In this document: positions 53,506 to 64,000 of the stretch, piece by piece
How positions within the stretch are numbered: position 1 is the stretch's first letter
How the letters are laid out: each line of letters starts with the position of its first letter
From: Microcoleus sp.
GTDB lineage: Bacteria > Cyanobacteriota > Cyanobacteriia > Cyanobacteriales > Microcoleaceae
DNA: 64,000 bases
Assembly (NCBI GenBank): GCA_052279835.1
Contig: CP181291.1
Location: forward strand, 5,696,001 to 5,760,000
Direction: 5' to 3'
Program-made: the position numbers and the translations under genes
Notes under the pieces: generated by a model
What the model was told of the DNA's origin: nothing
Database searches by the model: none
What the model saw: only the letters and a program-made list of their open reading frames with translations

Positions 53506-54414
53506 ATGCCTGATTCCCAAAAGTCCGCAGCCATTCCACAGCCTTCTGATGGCAAAGCCACTAGCTCAAGCAGCCCTTTGACCGAGTTTGTCGTTCAGTT
53601 TTGGGGAGTCCGGGGCAGCATAGCAACTCCCGGTAGCAAAACAATTCGCTATGGAGGTAACACCTCTTGTGTAGAAATGCGGTTGGGCAAACAACGCCTG
53701 ATCTTTGACGGTGGCACTGGTCTGCGAGTCCTTGGTCTTAACTTACTGCGACAGATGCCAGTGGAAGCCCATATGTTTTTCAGCCACACGCACTGGGATC
53801 ACATTCAAGGATTCCCTTTTTTTACCCCCGCCTTCATTCCAGGCAACTGCTTTCACATTTACGGTGCGATCGCCCCCAACGGCACTACAATTAAACAGCG
53901 TCTGGCCGACCAAATGCACCACCCCAACTTCCCAGTCCCGATCCAGGTGATGCAATCAGACCTCAAATTTAATGACTTGACTCCGGGGGATATCATCGAA
54001 CTCGACGATGTAAAAATCGAAACCGCCCTGCTGAATCATCCCAATACCGCGATCGGATATCGTGTGACCTGGGAGGGACACAGTGCCGTCTACTGCACCG
54101 ATACAGAACACTTTGCCGATCGGTTAGACGACAACATAGTACACCTAGCTCGCGACGCAGATGTGTTAATTTACGATGCGAATTACACCAACGAAGAATA
54201 TCATGACTTCAAGTCGCCCAAAGTCGGCTGGGGACACTCCACTTGGCAAGCAGGAGTAGAAGTAGCCAAAGCAGCGGGAGTCAAAAAAGTGGTAATGTTT
54301 CACCACGACCCAGGTCATGACGACAACTTTCTCGATCGAGTAGAAGCAGAAGTCCAAGCAGTTTTCGCCAATAGTTGCTTAGCACGAGAAGGCATGAGCA
54401 TACCAGTGATTTAA
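53506..54414 (+). CDS. MBL-fold metallohydrolase
   Basis: FWGVRGS, YGGNTSCV, SHTHWDHIQG, TDTEH, WGHST, FHHDP. Confidence 0.9.
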   Translation: MPDSQKSAAIPQPSDGKATSSSSPLTEFVVQFWGVRGSIATPGSKTIRYGGNTSCVEMRLGKQRLIFDGGTGLRVLGLNLLRQMPVEAHMFFSHTHWDHIQGFPFFTPAFIPGNCFHIYGAIAPNGTTIKQRLADQMHHPNFPVPIQVMQSDLKFNDLTPGDIIELDDVKIETALLNHPNTAIGYRVTWEGHSAVYCTDTEHFADRLDDNIVHLARDADVLIYDANYTNEEYHDFKSPKVGWGHSTWQAGVEVAKAAGVKKVVMFHHDPGHDDNFLDRVEAEVQAVFANSCLAREGMSIPVI

Positions 54415-54486
54415 GAAAAAATCAACGCAGGCTCCAAAAAACCCGATCGTTGTGGCAAAAATTAGAAGACCAAAGGCAGAAGCAAA

Positions 54487-55053
54487 ATGAAGCACCAAAC
54501 ACCCCGCCGACGTCCTAGGCGAACCTGGCGGGGACTTTACTCAACTTTGCTAGTGTTGATCCTGTTCTGCTGTACCTGCGGGGGATGGGTAGCCGCCCAG
54601 ACAGCCGATGCTCGCACCCCCGCACCACTAGCTCAAGTATCTAGAATTGAAAATATCGGCACTGTCGATCGCATTCCCGATCGCTACCAACTCGGACAAC
54701 AACTATACCTCGAAAACTGCGCCACTTGCCACATTGGTTTACCACCGCAAGTCTTACCGACAGAAACCTGGCGCAGATTGCTGCAAGATCCCCAACACTA
54801 CGGACAAACCCTAAAGCTGCTCGTAGATCCACCGCGCCTGCTAGTGTGGAACTATCTGCAAACTTTTTCTCGTCCCCAACAAAAAGAAGAAGAACTGGCT
54901 TATCGAGTTGCGAGTTCTCGATATTTCAAAGCTCTACATCCCAAAGTTAAAATGTCACAACCAGCAAATATCAGCAGTTGTGTGACTTGTCATCCGGGTG
55001 TATCTCAATACAATTTCCGCAAGCTTACCGCCGAGTGGGAAAACTCCCCCTAG
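54487..55053 (+). CDS. Diheme cytochrome c
   Basis: Two CxxCH motifs (CATCH, CVTCH); HYG; signal peptide. Confidence 0.85.
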   Translation: MKHQTPRRRPRRTWRGLYSTLLVLILFCCTCGGWVAAQTADARTPAPLAQVSRIENIGTVDRIPDRYQLGQQLYLENCATCHIGLPPQVLPTETWRRLLQDPQHYGQTLKLLVDPPRLLVWNYLQTFSRPQQKEEELAYRVASSRYFKALHPKVKMSQPANISSCVTCHPGVSQYNFRKLTAEWENSP

Positions 55054-55124
55054 GGAACCTAGGAGTTATCTGCGTTGATCAACCCTCATCTGCTACCCAT
55101 CGGCGGTTAAATCACCAACCAAAA

Positions 55125-55685
55125 TTAAACAGGCAAAAACTGTTCTGAAAAATTAATTTCAATCTCAGGAAAAGCTAGCATTCTAATCACAGCATTATCT
55201 GCAACAACTATCTCAGATTGATAGCCTCCGGGGGCAGGATTTCGATAAATATATGCTTGACGGCTAACTATATCTAAAATCCAATATTCAGCGATATTAG
55301 CCCTAGCATAAATCAGGGCTTTTTCCCGGCGGTCAATTTGCAATGTCGAGTAAGAAACCTCAATTAACAGCAAGATTTCCCTAGGATTTGGGTGATGGTC
55401 GCCATAACCGCCCGGATCGATACAAACAACTGCTATATCTGGTTCTGGTTCCGAAGTTGCCAAAGTAATTGGCAACTGCACGCGAATTTCTGCTAAATCT
55501 GTTAGTAGTTGTTGTAGATATCGATCGCTGCGCTGGGTTGTAGCAGCATGGATTGGTGTTTGAGGACTCATTTCAACAATCATCCCATCAAGCAATTCAA
55601 TGTTATCATCCTCCTTGAGAATACCAGCTTCAATCATCCGGTGATATTCTTCCACTGTCCAGATTTTTGCTTTAGTTGCTGTCAT
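55125..55685 (-). CDS. Uma2 family endonuclease
   Basis: WTVEEYHRM, ELLDG.IVEM, EPEPD, LIEVS, EYWILD. Confidence 0.9.
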   Translation of the reverse strand: MTATKAKIWTVEEYHRMIEAGILKEDDNIELLDGMIVEMSPQTPIHAATTQRSDRYLQQLLTDLAEIRVQLPITLATSEPEPDIAVVCIDPGGYGDHHPNPREILLLIEVSYSTLQIDRREKALIYARANIAEYWILDIVSRQAYIYRNPAPGGYQSEIVVADNAVIRMLAFPEIEINFSEQFLPV

Positions 55686-55828
55686 AATCTTTTCAGGTAC
55701 GGTAAAACATTAAGACTTGATTTTATTTTTCAATTTTACCATTACCTGAAGATTCAAACCACTACAAAATATCAATGTCAATGCGTAATTAGTTATAATA
55801 AGATTTAGAAGTTTCTGGTGCCCTTCCC

Positions 55829-56518
55829 ATGACTCCTCAACTACAAACTCAGCCACAGCCCACGAAACAACCAGAAAAAGTCCTGTATCCAGACAGTGAT
55901 GGACAGCCTATGTCAGATAACACCCTCCAATTTGCTTGGATTGTCAAACTCAAAGAAGGGTGCGAAGCCTTGTTTAAAGATAATCCCACTGTATTTGTAG
56001 CTGGGGATTTACTCTGGTATCCCATCGAAGGCGACAATAAGACGAGGCGCGCCCCTGATGCTATGGTGGTATTTGGCAGACCCAAGGGATATCGAGGGTC
56101 TTACCAGCAATGGCTGGAAGATAATATCGCTCCACAAGTCGTCTTTGAGATTTTGTCCCCCGGAAATACTTTATCGGAAATGGCACTGAAGTTGCAGTTT
56201 TATAGCCGCTTTGGTGTAGAAGAATATTATCTTTACGATCCAGAACGTAACGATTTAACTGGATGGCAAAGAGACGAAACAGGACTAATTGTAATTGAAT
56301 CCTTGGATGGGTGGGTAAGTCCACGTCTAGGGGTCAGATTTGTGTTTGCAGAACCAGAATTAGAGGTGATTCGTCCCGATGGAAAGCGCTTTTTGTCTTA
56401 TGTAGAGTTAATGGAACAGCGGGATGAACTGGAACAACAGCGGGATGAACTGGAACAACAGCGCGATCGCATGGCTGCAAAACTGCAAGAATTGGGTATC
56501 GATCCAACTCAGCTTTAA
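55829..56518 (+). CDS. Uma2 family endonuclease
   Basis: YPDSDGQPM, APD.MV, FEILSP, EEYYLYDP; tail with 21-bp repeats. Confidence 0.9.
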   Translation: MTPQLQTQPQPTKQPEKVLYPDSDGQPMSDNTLQFAWIVKLKEGCEALFKDNPTVFVAGDLLWYPIEGDNKTRRAPDAMVVFGRPKGYRGSYQQWLEDNIAPQVVFEILSPGNTLSEMALKLQFYSRFGVEEYYLYDPERNDLTGWQRDETGLIVIESLDGWVSPRLGVRFVFAEPELEVIRPDGKRFLSYVELMEQRDELEQQRDELEQQRDRMAAKLQELGIDPTQL

Positions 56519-56562
56519 GTGATAATCAACTGATTTGAACTACCTGCACTAAATCGAAGCGA

Positions 56563-56858
56563 TTTAACTGGTTCCCAGGCTCTGCCTGGGAACCGATATC
56601 CAGAGGCTCTGCCTCGTCGAAGAGAAGGAACAAAGGAACAAAGGAAAGGAACATAGGAAGCAGAGCCTCTAGATCTGCGTTACCAGGCAGAGCCTGGTAA
56701 CGAGTAAAACTGGTTTAACTGGTTCCCAGGCTCTGCCTGGGCACCGATATCCAGAGGCTCTGCCTCGTCGAAGAGAAGGAACAAAGGAACAAAGGAAAGG
56801 AACATAGGAGGCAGAACCTCTAGATCTGCGTTACCAGGCAGAGCCTGGTAACGAGTAA
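56563..56858. repeat. Two tandem ~151-bp copies of the GGCAGAGCC multi-hairpin element
   Basis: Units start at 56563 and 56714; each has internal aaggaac-type heptamers. Confidence 0.92.
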
Positions 56859-56872
56859 TCAACTCAAAATCA

Positions 56873-59800
56873 TCAACCGGTATTCCGCATCCCCGCAGCA
56901 ATACCATTAATCGTCAACAGAGCTCCCCGCAACAATTCACCTTTGCTGTAACGCGAGTGAATTACCCCCGGCACAGCACCACTACCATGTTGCCGCAAGC
57001 GTTTCAGCAGTGAAACCTGCAATAAACCCAAAGGTACAATGGTGGCATTTCGCAACTGCACGGAACGCTGCAATGCCGGATCTTCGTCCAACAAACGTTG
57101 GTGTCCGGTAATAGTTAAAACCAAATCGCGAATCAGGTGATATTCGCAAGAAATTTGTTCAAACAAAGTCTGAAAACGCGCTCTATCCTCTGGAAGAGAT
57201 AACTCTCGGACGTAGTGTTCGGCAATCTGCAAGTCTACTTTGGATAAAGTCATTTCCACCTTAGAAATCACCATTCTAAAAAATGGCCATTTCAAGTAAA
57301 AATACTGCAAAAGTTTCAAATGTTCTTCCGGTTCCTCTAGCAAAAATTCTTGTAGAGCCGTACCCACACCGTACCAGGAAGGAAGCAAAAAGCGGCTTTG
57401 AGTCCAACTAAACACCCACGGAATTGCCCGCAAACCGCTGATATCTTTCTTGCCGCCACGACGGGCTGGACGAGAACTAATTTGCAACTGACTGATTTCT
57501 TGAATGGGGGTAACATGATGGAAGAAATCGACTAAATCTGGCTGTTCGTAGATTAAGTTACGGTAGTGCGATCGCGATTTGGCAGCCAACTCCTCCATAA
57601 TCTGATTCCAAGGGTCGATGCCATCGAAACCTGTATGCAGCAAACTAGCTTGAATCACTGCTGCGGCCACAGTTTCCAAATTGTAAAGTGCTAACTCTGG
57701 TAAAGAATACTTAGAAGCTAAAACCTCCCCTTGTTCGGTAATCTTAATTCGCCCGCTAATACTCTTTCCGGGTTGAGCCAAAATTGCCTTATAAGCAGGC
57801 CCGCCACCACGGCCTACAGAACCGCCCCGGCCGTGAAAAATTCGCAACTCCACACCGTAGTTTTCAGCAACTATTTGTAATGCTTTTTGAGCTTTCTGAA
57901 TTTCCCAATTGCTGCTGAGGAAACCCGAATCTTTATTGCTATCTGAATAGCCCAACATCACCTCTTGCAAGGAAACGGCATGGGAACAATCAGACAGTTG
58001 CTGAGCCTTGGCAGCAGCGTAACCTCCAGCTAGTAAAGCGCGATAAAGTGGTAGTTCAAATACCTCCTGCATCACGATCGGTGCTTTTTTCAAATCTTCC
58101 ACTGTTTCAAACAGAGGTACCACTTGAACGCTGCTAATTCCTGTTGCTGGATCGTAGATGCCCGCTTCTTTTGCTAATAGTAAGACTGCTAGCAAATCGC
58201 TGACATCGTGACTCATGCTGATCACGTAAGTTTCGCAAATTTCCGGCCCAAACTCCTGGTGCATTTGCCGCAAGACTCGGAAGGTATTAATTGTCTCGCA
58301 AGTTTTGGGAGAAAATGGTAATTCTGCGGGAATTAAAGGGCGACGAGTTTGCAGTTCAGTTGCGAGCCAAATAGTTCGCTCTGATTCCGTCATTTGATTG
58401 TAGGGCGTTGGCAAAATTTGCAGGTATTCAGCAATTTCGTTCAAAGCGTCGGAGTGTACGGTGGACTCTTGGCGGATATCTAGGTAAGCCAAATTAAATC
58501 CGTAAATTTCTACTTGACAAAGCAGATTTTCCAAGTCTCGGCAACTCAAACCTGTTTCGACCAAATTGTGCTGGATTAGCTGCAACTCCGCCAAAAATTC
58601 AGCTCCCGATCGATAAAGACCGGTCATGCCAGCATTTCCTGACAAAGCTTCCCGTTCCCGCTGCAACTCGTCTCCTTTGTAGAGTCGCCAATTACGATCG
58701 CGCGTATTTTCCAGTCGCTGAAGCACGTAAGCCAGCTTCAGTCGATAGGGTTCTTGGCGGTAACGAATCGCCCACTGCTCGTAAACTTCCGGGAATTCCG
58801 ATTTGTCGCGATCGAGAGATTCTAGTAATTCCGGCAATACGTCGCTCCAGTGTAGCGACAAACTCAACAGCTCGTTGAGGCGCTTCACGGCATTGATGTA
58901 CTTACACAGCACTAAATGGCGCTGATAGCAAGCGGTTTGCCAAGTAACTTTTGGAGTCACAGAAGGATTGCCATCTCTGTCGGAACCAACCCAAGAACCA
59001 AACTTGCAAAAGTTGTAACTGGGTGGTTTCAGGTAAGGGAAAGAAGCGTGTAGAGCTTGCTTGAGCCGGTGATAGAGTTCGGGAATCGCATCAAACAGCA
59101 CTTCATCGAAGTAGTGCAAAGTGTATTCCACCTCGTCAAGCACAGTCGGCTTAAACTGGTGCAGCTCGTCAGTGCGCCACCACAGGCGAATTTCTTCCAT
59201 CAATTGCTCTTGCAGAGCGCAAGCTTCCCAGGAAGAGACAGCGTAGGGACTTTCAGAGTCTGTCCCCACCAGCGGAAATTTCTCATCAACTTGGTCTAAC
59301 TGTTGCAGAATCTTCGCCATCCGTCGCTGCTTGGTGCGGATCGTGTTGCGGACAATTTCCGTCGGGTGGGCTGTAAATACCAAGCGGATGTCTAACTGAT
59401 CGATCAAGCGCTGAATTTGTTGGCTAGGCACGTTCAAGCGCAGCAGCATGGGGAACAGTTGGTGAAAAGTTCCTGCATCTTTGCTCACAAGCTCGGTTTC
59501 CCTAGGGCCGGGAGTTTGTGGAGACGGGCCTTCTCGGTGTCGCGGGCGATCGGGCGCATCCATGGCGTTTCCCGGCAACTTAGAAAACGTCCGTTCCCCA
59601 GCACTGTTGCTACCGACATAAGCTAGCTGTTGGTCTCGCTGTTCGTAGTGCTGTTCGACAATATTGATTAACTGAAAATAAAGTGCAAAAGCCCTAGCCG
59701 CGCGAATGGCGGCGTTGAGGTCGAGCTTTTCAATGAGCTGCAAAACGTTGGATTCGCGAAAGTGAGTGGCTTGTCCCTCGGAGGAATTCACCGATCGCAT

Positions 59801-59977
59801 TTGGCCTAGCAAGTCTACCAATTCCTGCCCGCACTCTTGTCGCAGCACCGATTTCCACAGGTCCTCTACTATTTTGAGGCGATTGCGTAGAAACAGGTCT
59901 GATTTTGAGTGGGCAAGAGAAGGGGAAATAGATGTGGAATTAATAGCCTGTTCTGAAGACTGGAGGAGTGAACTCAT
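56873..59977 (-). CDS. ppc: Phosphoenolpyruvate carboxylase
   Basis: [43 protein letters not shown]-terminal MRNTG. Confidence 0.97.
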   Translation of the reverse strand: MSSLLQSSEQAINSTSISPSLAHSKSDLFLRNRLKIVEDLWKSVLRQECGQELVDLLGQMRSVNSSEGQATHFRESNVLQLIEKLDLNAAIRAARAFALYFQLINIVEQHYEQRDQQLAYVGSNSAGERTFSKLPGNAMDAPDRPRHREGPSPQTPGPRETELVSKDAGTFHQLFPMLLRLNVPSQQIQRLIDQLDIRLVFTAHPTEIVRNTIRTKQRRMAKILQQLDQVDEKFPLVGTDSESPYAVSSWEACALQEQLMEEIRLWWRTDELHQFKPTVLDEVEYTLHYFDEVLFDAIPELYHRLKQALHASFPYLKPPSYNFCKFGSWVGSDRDGNPSVTPKVTWQTACYQRHLVLCKYINAVKRLNELLSLSLHWSDVLPELLESLDRDKSEFPEVYEQWAIRYRQEPYRLKLAYVLQRLENTRDRNWRLYKGDELQREREALSGNAGMTGLYRSGAEFLAELQLIQHNLVETGLSCRDLENLLCQVEIYGFNLAYLDIRQESTVHSDALNEIAEYLQILPTPYNQMTESERTIWLATELQTRRPLIPAELPFSPKTCETINTFRVLRQMHQEFGPEICETYVISMSHDVSDLLAVLLLAKEAGIYDPATGISSVQVVPLFETVEDLKKAPIVMQEVFELPLYRALLAGGYAAAKAQQLSDCSHAVSLQEVMLGYSDSNKDSGFLSSNWEIQKAQKALQIVAENYGVELRIFHGRGGSVGRGGGPAYKAILAQPGKSISGRIKITEQGEVLASKYSLPELALYNLETVAAAVIQASLLHTGFDGIDPWNQIMEELAAKSRSHYRNLIYEQPDLVDFFHHVTPIQEISQLQISSRPARRGGKKDISGLRAIPWVFSWTQSRFLLPSWYGVGTALQEFLLEEPEEHLKLLQYFYLKWPFFRMVISKVEMTLSKVDLQIAEHYVRELSLPEDRARFQTLFEQISCEYHLIRDLVLTITGHQRLLDEDPALQRSVQLRNATIVPLGLLQVSLLKRLRQHGSGAVPGVIHSRYSKGELLRGALLTINGIAAGMRNTG

Positions 59978-60107
59978 CGGGGCTGTTCCTCAATAGCTGC
60001 GGGTGTCTAAAAAATTGTATGGTTTAGTCTTACCGAAAACACTTTTTTTTGCGGTCAAATACGAGACAACTTGATTTTACTTAGAGAGCATGGACACTTT
60101 CAGCTTT

Positions 60108-60332
60108 CTACTCCTTGGCGTAGGGAAAGTTAAGCTGGGGGAGGCGAGAGCCCCGAAACACTTCTTCGCTTTCAACGCCGAGGGAGCTAACAAACTCTGC
60201 TGTAGCCTTAGCAACGAGCAAACCACCAAGCAGTGGCACTGTCACCAAGCTCAAGACCAGATCGGATGGAATTAGGGAATTTTGACCTTGAAGTGTTTGT
60301 GTTTTTGATAAATCTCGGTTTTCCGACGGCAT
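60108..60332 (-). CDS. Small conserved hypothetical protein upstream of ppc
   Basis: Hydrophobic segment followed by G..SEE.FRG.RLP.L; co-oriented with ppc. Confidence 0.55.
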   Translation of the reverse strand: MPSENRDLSKTQTLQGQNSLIPSDLVLSLVTVPLLGGLLVAKATAEFVSSLGVESEEVFRGSRLPQLNFPYAKE

Positions 60333-60430
60333 AAGTCCCTCCTGAGTTTTCTGTTACCCCAGTTTACAACTTAACAAAATACTGTAAATATAGTAGCTGG
60401 CTGTCCTCTTCCTTGAGACAGCGATCGGCA

Positions 60431-60614
60431 AATAGGGGAATAGAATTGATTAGTACCGATCGGCAGTCGGGAATTCAAAATGCCTATGCAGACGGTTTGC
60501 CGGGGATTGAAATTGCTCAATAAGCGTCAATGTCGAAATCCCGTAAGGGAGTAACTAGGAAATCTAAGAAGTGATTCTTAGAAGCTCTGTACCTTCAGGT
60601 GGGAGTGATGTCAC
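60431..60614 (+). mobile_element. Orphan 3' end of an IS200/IS605-family tnpB element (omega-RNA/right-end region)
   Basis: Translates NRGIELISTDRQSGIQNAYADGLPG...*...KSRKGVTRKSKK*, resembling cyanobacterial TnpB tails. Followed by a hairpin-capable segment ending in TCAC. Confidence 0.6.
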
Positions 60615-60665
60615 TGAATTCTTTAATCTAAAATCTACAATCAGAAATCTAAAATCGGTAGCCCC

Positions 60666-63600
60666 ATGTTGAATGCGAACGGGAGCATATTGGCAGATAA
60701 TCGATCGGCCGCGTCGCAATGGGCGCAAGCAGCTTTGGGGCTTCCCGAAGTTCAGTTACAAGTGCGGTTGCGAGGCAATCACCTGCACATTTTGTGCGAA
60801 GCAGCGCTCTGTCCGTCCCAGGAATTGGTGACGGCGAGATTCACATCGGCGATCGCCCAAACAGATTTTACTCGACTCCTAGCACCCGATCGACCAAAAA
60901 TTTACCAATTATTTCTGTGCGGGCGCAAACTCGGTTCCCGCCAAAATGATTGGACAGTCAGGCTCGATTGCAGCAGCCCCCAAAAACCGGAAAATGACTC
61001 CACCGTTGCGGAACAACCAGCACCGACAATTCCCCCCGACGAACCCCCCACAGAGGCTCCAAAAGGAGGATTTTTCGGGAAATTCCGCAATCAAAACCGC
61101 AAACTCAAACAAATCTCCAATCCTGTCGCACCCCCCACCACCGCCCCACAGTTGCGGGAAGAACTCGAATTTGATGCGGAAACTCCCCCCAAAGCCTCCG
61201 GGATTGAATACCGAGAACTGTTTGAAACAGCTCCTGTGACGATCGACACTTCAGCCAGTTCTGGTTTCAGTCCCCCCGTGGCAGTACACGGACATGAAAC
61301 AACCCAGCAGCAACAGAACCGTGGCGCAGTAGCCCTGATTCAATCCCCCCAACCAGCGATCGGCGACACCGCCAAGACATCAACGCTGACACTGCCGGTG
61401 GAAAGTTTGGCGAAGCGGGGCTATCCAGATGCGATCGCCAGTTATTTGAGCGAAATCCTAGGACCAATGGGAGTTTCGGTGAAAGTTAGCATCCGCGAAA
61501 AAGAACTCCCAGACAGCCCCGAAACCGATGATTCCCAAACACGGGAACATCTCAAAACCATTGACAGGCGACTGCTGGTGCTATGCGAATCTGGATACAG
61601 CCCCGATCCATCCTTGCTAGCAGCACCCATAGCCGGCAGGCTGCGGAAGCTCAAACTAGAAAATTTCCGAGATGCGGTAATTGTCAGCCAAGTCAGCGGC
61701 GAAGCCAAGCCAGACTGGATGCTGCGGGTAGACTTAACACCACCAGACAAAATTCTCAAAGCCTGGGCCCGCTGGGGAGATGTCCAGTCGATCGCCAAAC
61801 TGTTAAACCTACACTTGGCACCATCGCAAGTGGAAGTGCGAGCAACCCTGAAAGAATCAACCCTACACCTGTTTTGTAGCAAGGCTGTCAGCAAAGGGCA
61901 AAAGCAGAAAGCACCAGCCTACCCAGACAAACAGCAAACAGCCGACGCGATCGCCCCCATGCTTGCCTCCTTCGCGCCCCAGGGCATTCATGGAGCCACT
62001 CTCTACGGCGTTAAAGCAGTCAGCGATAGCAAAGCCGAGCCAGATTCCCCAGGGTGGATAGACTGGGTGGACTTGCCGGCGGCTCATCATCCAGACTTGG
62101 CTCCCAGCCCCAGAACTTTAGCAACCGAGGGCGATCGCTCGGCCCTGACTTTTTTATTAAACAGGTTGCTCAACCCCAATCTCAAACGCAAGTTAGAAAC
62201 AGGCGGTATCCGAGCTGTCGTACTCCAAAAAGACGACGTACTCCACATCATGACCGAAGCTCTAACTTGCCCTTCTCAGTCCCAGGTGGGCCCACCAGTG
62301 GTGAAGTTCTTGCGGGAGTTAAAAATTCCCGGAGTAGCAGGAGTGCGAGTCTACGGGCGTCGCGCGGGCCAAAAAATACCTTTGTGGCGTTACGGACTCA
62401 ATCTCACAACGGCGACTAGCCAGGAATCAGCCCCCACAGCAGCCTCCGTGGACTCCCAACTGGTGGTGTTTGAAAAAGAGCCGGTGCCGGAGTTCGCTAC
62501 ATCAGCCACCGATGGGACTTTTTCGAGTTTGGGCGAAAATTTAGTGTTTCCTGGGGATGCCAAACCCTCTGGCTGGCATCGGGGCTTAAAAATCCGACTC
62601 CCAGGCTACAACCTAGGGGAGCGATTAGTTCCAGCTTTGGTACAGCCCCTTGTGGCTTCCGGTTTATTTGTTCCCAATGATGGTTTGTCAACTTCTGTGG
62701 CTGGTTCTACCAGTGTCAGAGCCGATCGCGCCGCGGGTATTGCTTTGGTTTGGGCGATCGCTGGCTGTCTGTTGACTTTCAATAGCGATTGGTTACTTGG
62801 TCAATTTGTGAAATATACGACGGTCAGTGCAGCTCCTAGGGCGATGTTGGCGTGCAGCGACCAAAATTGTCAAAATTCAAGTGTCAAGCCTGAGAGCGAC
62901 GTTAAAGCCCCTGTGGTGAGTCCAGCATCCCCCGTGGCTCCCCAGTCTCAGGAGGTGAATTTGCCTCAAATACCCTTGGAACCCTCGCCCTTGGCGAAGG
63001 GGGAAGAGGCTTTCAATGGTTCTGGGTTTACCAAGCCAGGGAAGATCGCCGTTCCTGTAGTTGAGGCCCCTCCTGCTATGGTTTATCCGACTTTGAGGAG
63101 CGAGCAGCTTGACGCTCAAATAGCTCGATATCAAGAGTACATCCGTCAGCACAAAAGACCGCCGGATATCTTAATTGTGGGCAGTTCCAGAGCCCTGCGG
63201 GGCATCGATCCGGGAGTTCTGGAAACTGCTTTGGCCGCTGGGGGCTATCCGGGGCTCAAAGCTTACAATTTTGGGGTGAATGGGGCGACTCTTCAGGTTG
63301 TAGATTCGATCGTCCGCCGGATTTTGCCACCGCAACAATTGCCGAAATTGCTGGTTTTAGCCGATGGGGCTAGGGCTTTAAATAGCGGTAGGCCAGATTT
63401 GACTTTTAGTGCGATCGCTTCTTCTGAGGGCTACAGACAATTAGCCCGTGGTAGTTTTCTGATCCGCACTAATCAATTAGAAACGGAAGTATCCAAGGAA
63501 GTCACGAATAATCCGCTGGCGGTTGTCGCTGCATTTGCTCACAATTTCGAGCAGACTCAAGCTAATGTTCAGCAATTGGTTAATCAAAAGTTGGTGGAGA

Positions 63601-64000
63601 CTTCTGCAACTTACAAAAAGCGCGATCGACTCAAGGACTTTTTGCGATCGCTAGTGAATCCATCGGCCCCAGCCTTAGTCAAGAGTAACGAAACCGAGAC
63701 AGCCTCCAACCAAACAGCCGAAAACCCCCAGCAAACTCCTCTTGAGCCCAAAGAAATCAGCGATTTTAAACCAAACGGCTTTTTGCCGATCGATGTCCGT
63801 TTCAATCCCGATACTTACTTTGAAAAACACGCCAGAGTATCCGGGTATTACGACTCTGACTATCAAGACTTTAAATTAATCGGCGAACAAACTGTAGCCC
63901 TCAAAAATCTAATCGAATTTACCAAAGTTCGCAACATCAATCTGGTGTTTGTGAATATGCCTTTAACCGAAGATTACTTAGACCCGGTGCGGACAGCTTA
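60666..64000 (+). CDS. Large DUF1574/SGNH-like membrane protein, 3'-truncated by window edge
   Basis: ATG at 60666. VRLRGNHLHILCE, LAKRGYPDAIA and, in the same frame at 63165, DILIVGSSRALRG...YNFGVNGAT. Probably missing from the ORF track because no stop occurs in the window. Confidence 0.8.
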   Translation, partial: MLNANGSILADNRSAASQWAQAALGLPEVQLQVRLRGNHLHILCEAALCPSQELVTARFTSAIAQTDFTRLLAPDRPKIYQLFLCGRKLGSRQNDWTVRLDCSSPQKPENDSTVAEQPAPTIPPDEPPTEAPKGGFFGKFRNQNRKLKQISNPVAPPTTAPQLREELEFDAETPPKASGIEYRELFETAPVTIDTSASSGFSPPVAVHGHETTQQQQNRGAVALIQSPQPAIGDTAKTSTLTLPVESLAKRGYPDAIASYLSEILGPMGVSVKVSIREKELPDSPETDDSQTREHLKTIDRRLLVLCESGYSPDPSLLAAPIAGRLRKLKLENFRDAVIVSQVSGEAKPDWMLRVDLTPPDKILKAWARWGDVQSIAKLLNLHLAPSQVEVRATLKESTLHLFCSKAVSKGQKQKAPAYPDKQQTADAIAPMLASFAPQGIHGATLYGVKAVSDSKAEPDSPGWIDWVDLPAAHHPDLAPSPRTLATEGDRSALTFLLNRLLNPNLKRKLETGGIRAVVLQKDDVLHIMTEALTCPSQSQVGPPVVKFLRELKIPGVAGVRVYGRRAGQKIPLWRYGLNLTTATSQESAPTAASVDSQLVVFEKEPVPEFATSATDGTFSSLGENLVFPGDAKPSGWHRGLKIRLPGYNLGERLVPALVQPLVASGLFVPNDGLSTSVAGSTSVRADRAAGIALVWAIAGCLLTFNSDWLLGQFVKYTTVSAAPRAMLACSDQNCQNSSVKPESDVKAPVVSPASPVAPQSQEVNLPQIPLEPSPLAKGEEAFNGSGFTKPGKIAVPVVEAPPAMVYPTLRSEQLDAQIARYQEYIRQHKRPPDILIVGSSRALRGIDPGVLETALAAGGYPGLKAYNFGVNGATLQVVDSIVRRILPPQQLPKLLVLADGARALNSGRPDLTFSAIASSEGYRQLARGSFLIRTNQLETEVSKEVTNNPLAVVAAFAHNFEQTQANVQQLVNQKLVETSATYKKRDRLKDFLRSLVNPSAPALVKSNETETASNQTAENPQQTPLEPKEISDFKPNGFLPIDVRFNPDTYFEKHARVSGYYDSDYQDFKLIGEQTVALKNLIEFTKVRNINLVFVNMPLTEDYLDPVRTA

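Noticed and set aside
60719..63866. Cluster of short ORFs on both strands
   Set aside because: They are alternative-frame shadows of the long gene starting at 60666.

Overview
This window looks like a chromosome segment of a filamentous cyanobacterium, probably Oscillatoriales/Microcoleus-like. The evidence is abundant HIP1 GCGATCGC, STRR-type heptamers, petH, prk, ycf3, crtP/crtB and ppc. The housekeeping backbone is thrS, hom, petH, prk, valS, crtB, crtP, rnz, ycf3, gatC, ruvB, recN, cyaB, ppa and ppc. Accessory content is an McrBC pair, three Uma2 nucleases, two Ser/Thr kinases and an ABC-transporter-dependent polysaccharide locus. Four signals stand out. (1) Two small nuclease genes (GxxExxY and DUF559) each sit inside inverted arrays of their own repeat. 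The array units include pieces of neighbouring gene ends, and the same repeats are dispersed through the window (the DUF559-type one in-frame inside valS and a kinase), which suggests a REP/RAYT-like mobile-repeat system run by PD-(D/E)XK-type nucleases. (2) A kinase-GUN4 gene ends in an almost adenine-free G/T tract followed by a cassette with stops in all three frames, a candidate hypervariable tail. (3) There is an orphan IS200/IS605 tnpB 3' end, possibly an omega-RNA. (4) There is a sulfotransferase-coiled-coil-multi-GT protein that may act as a chain-length ruler. All family calls come from motif recognition by eye; no searches were run.
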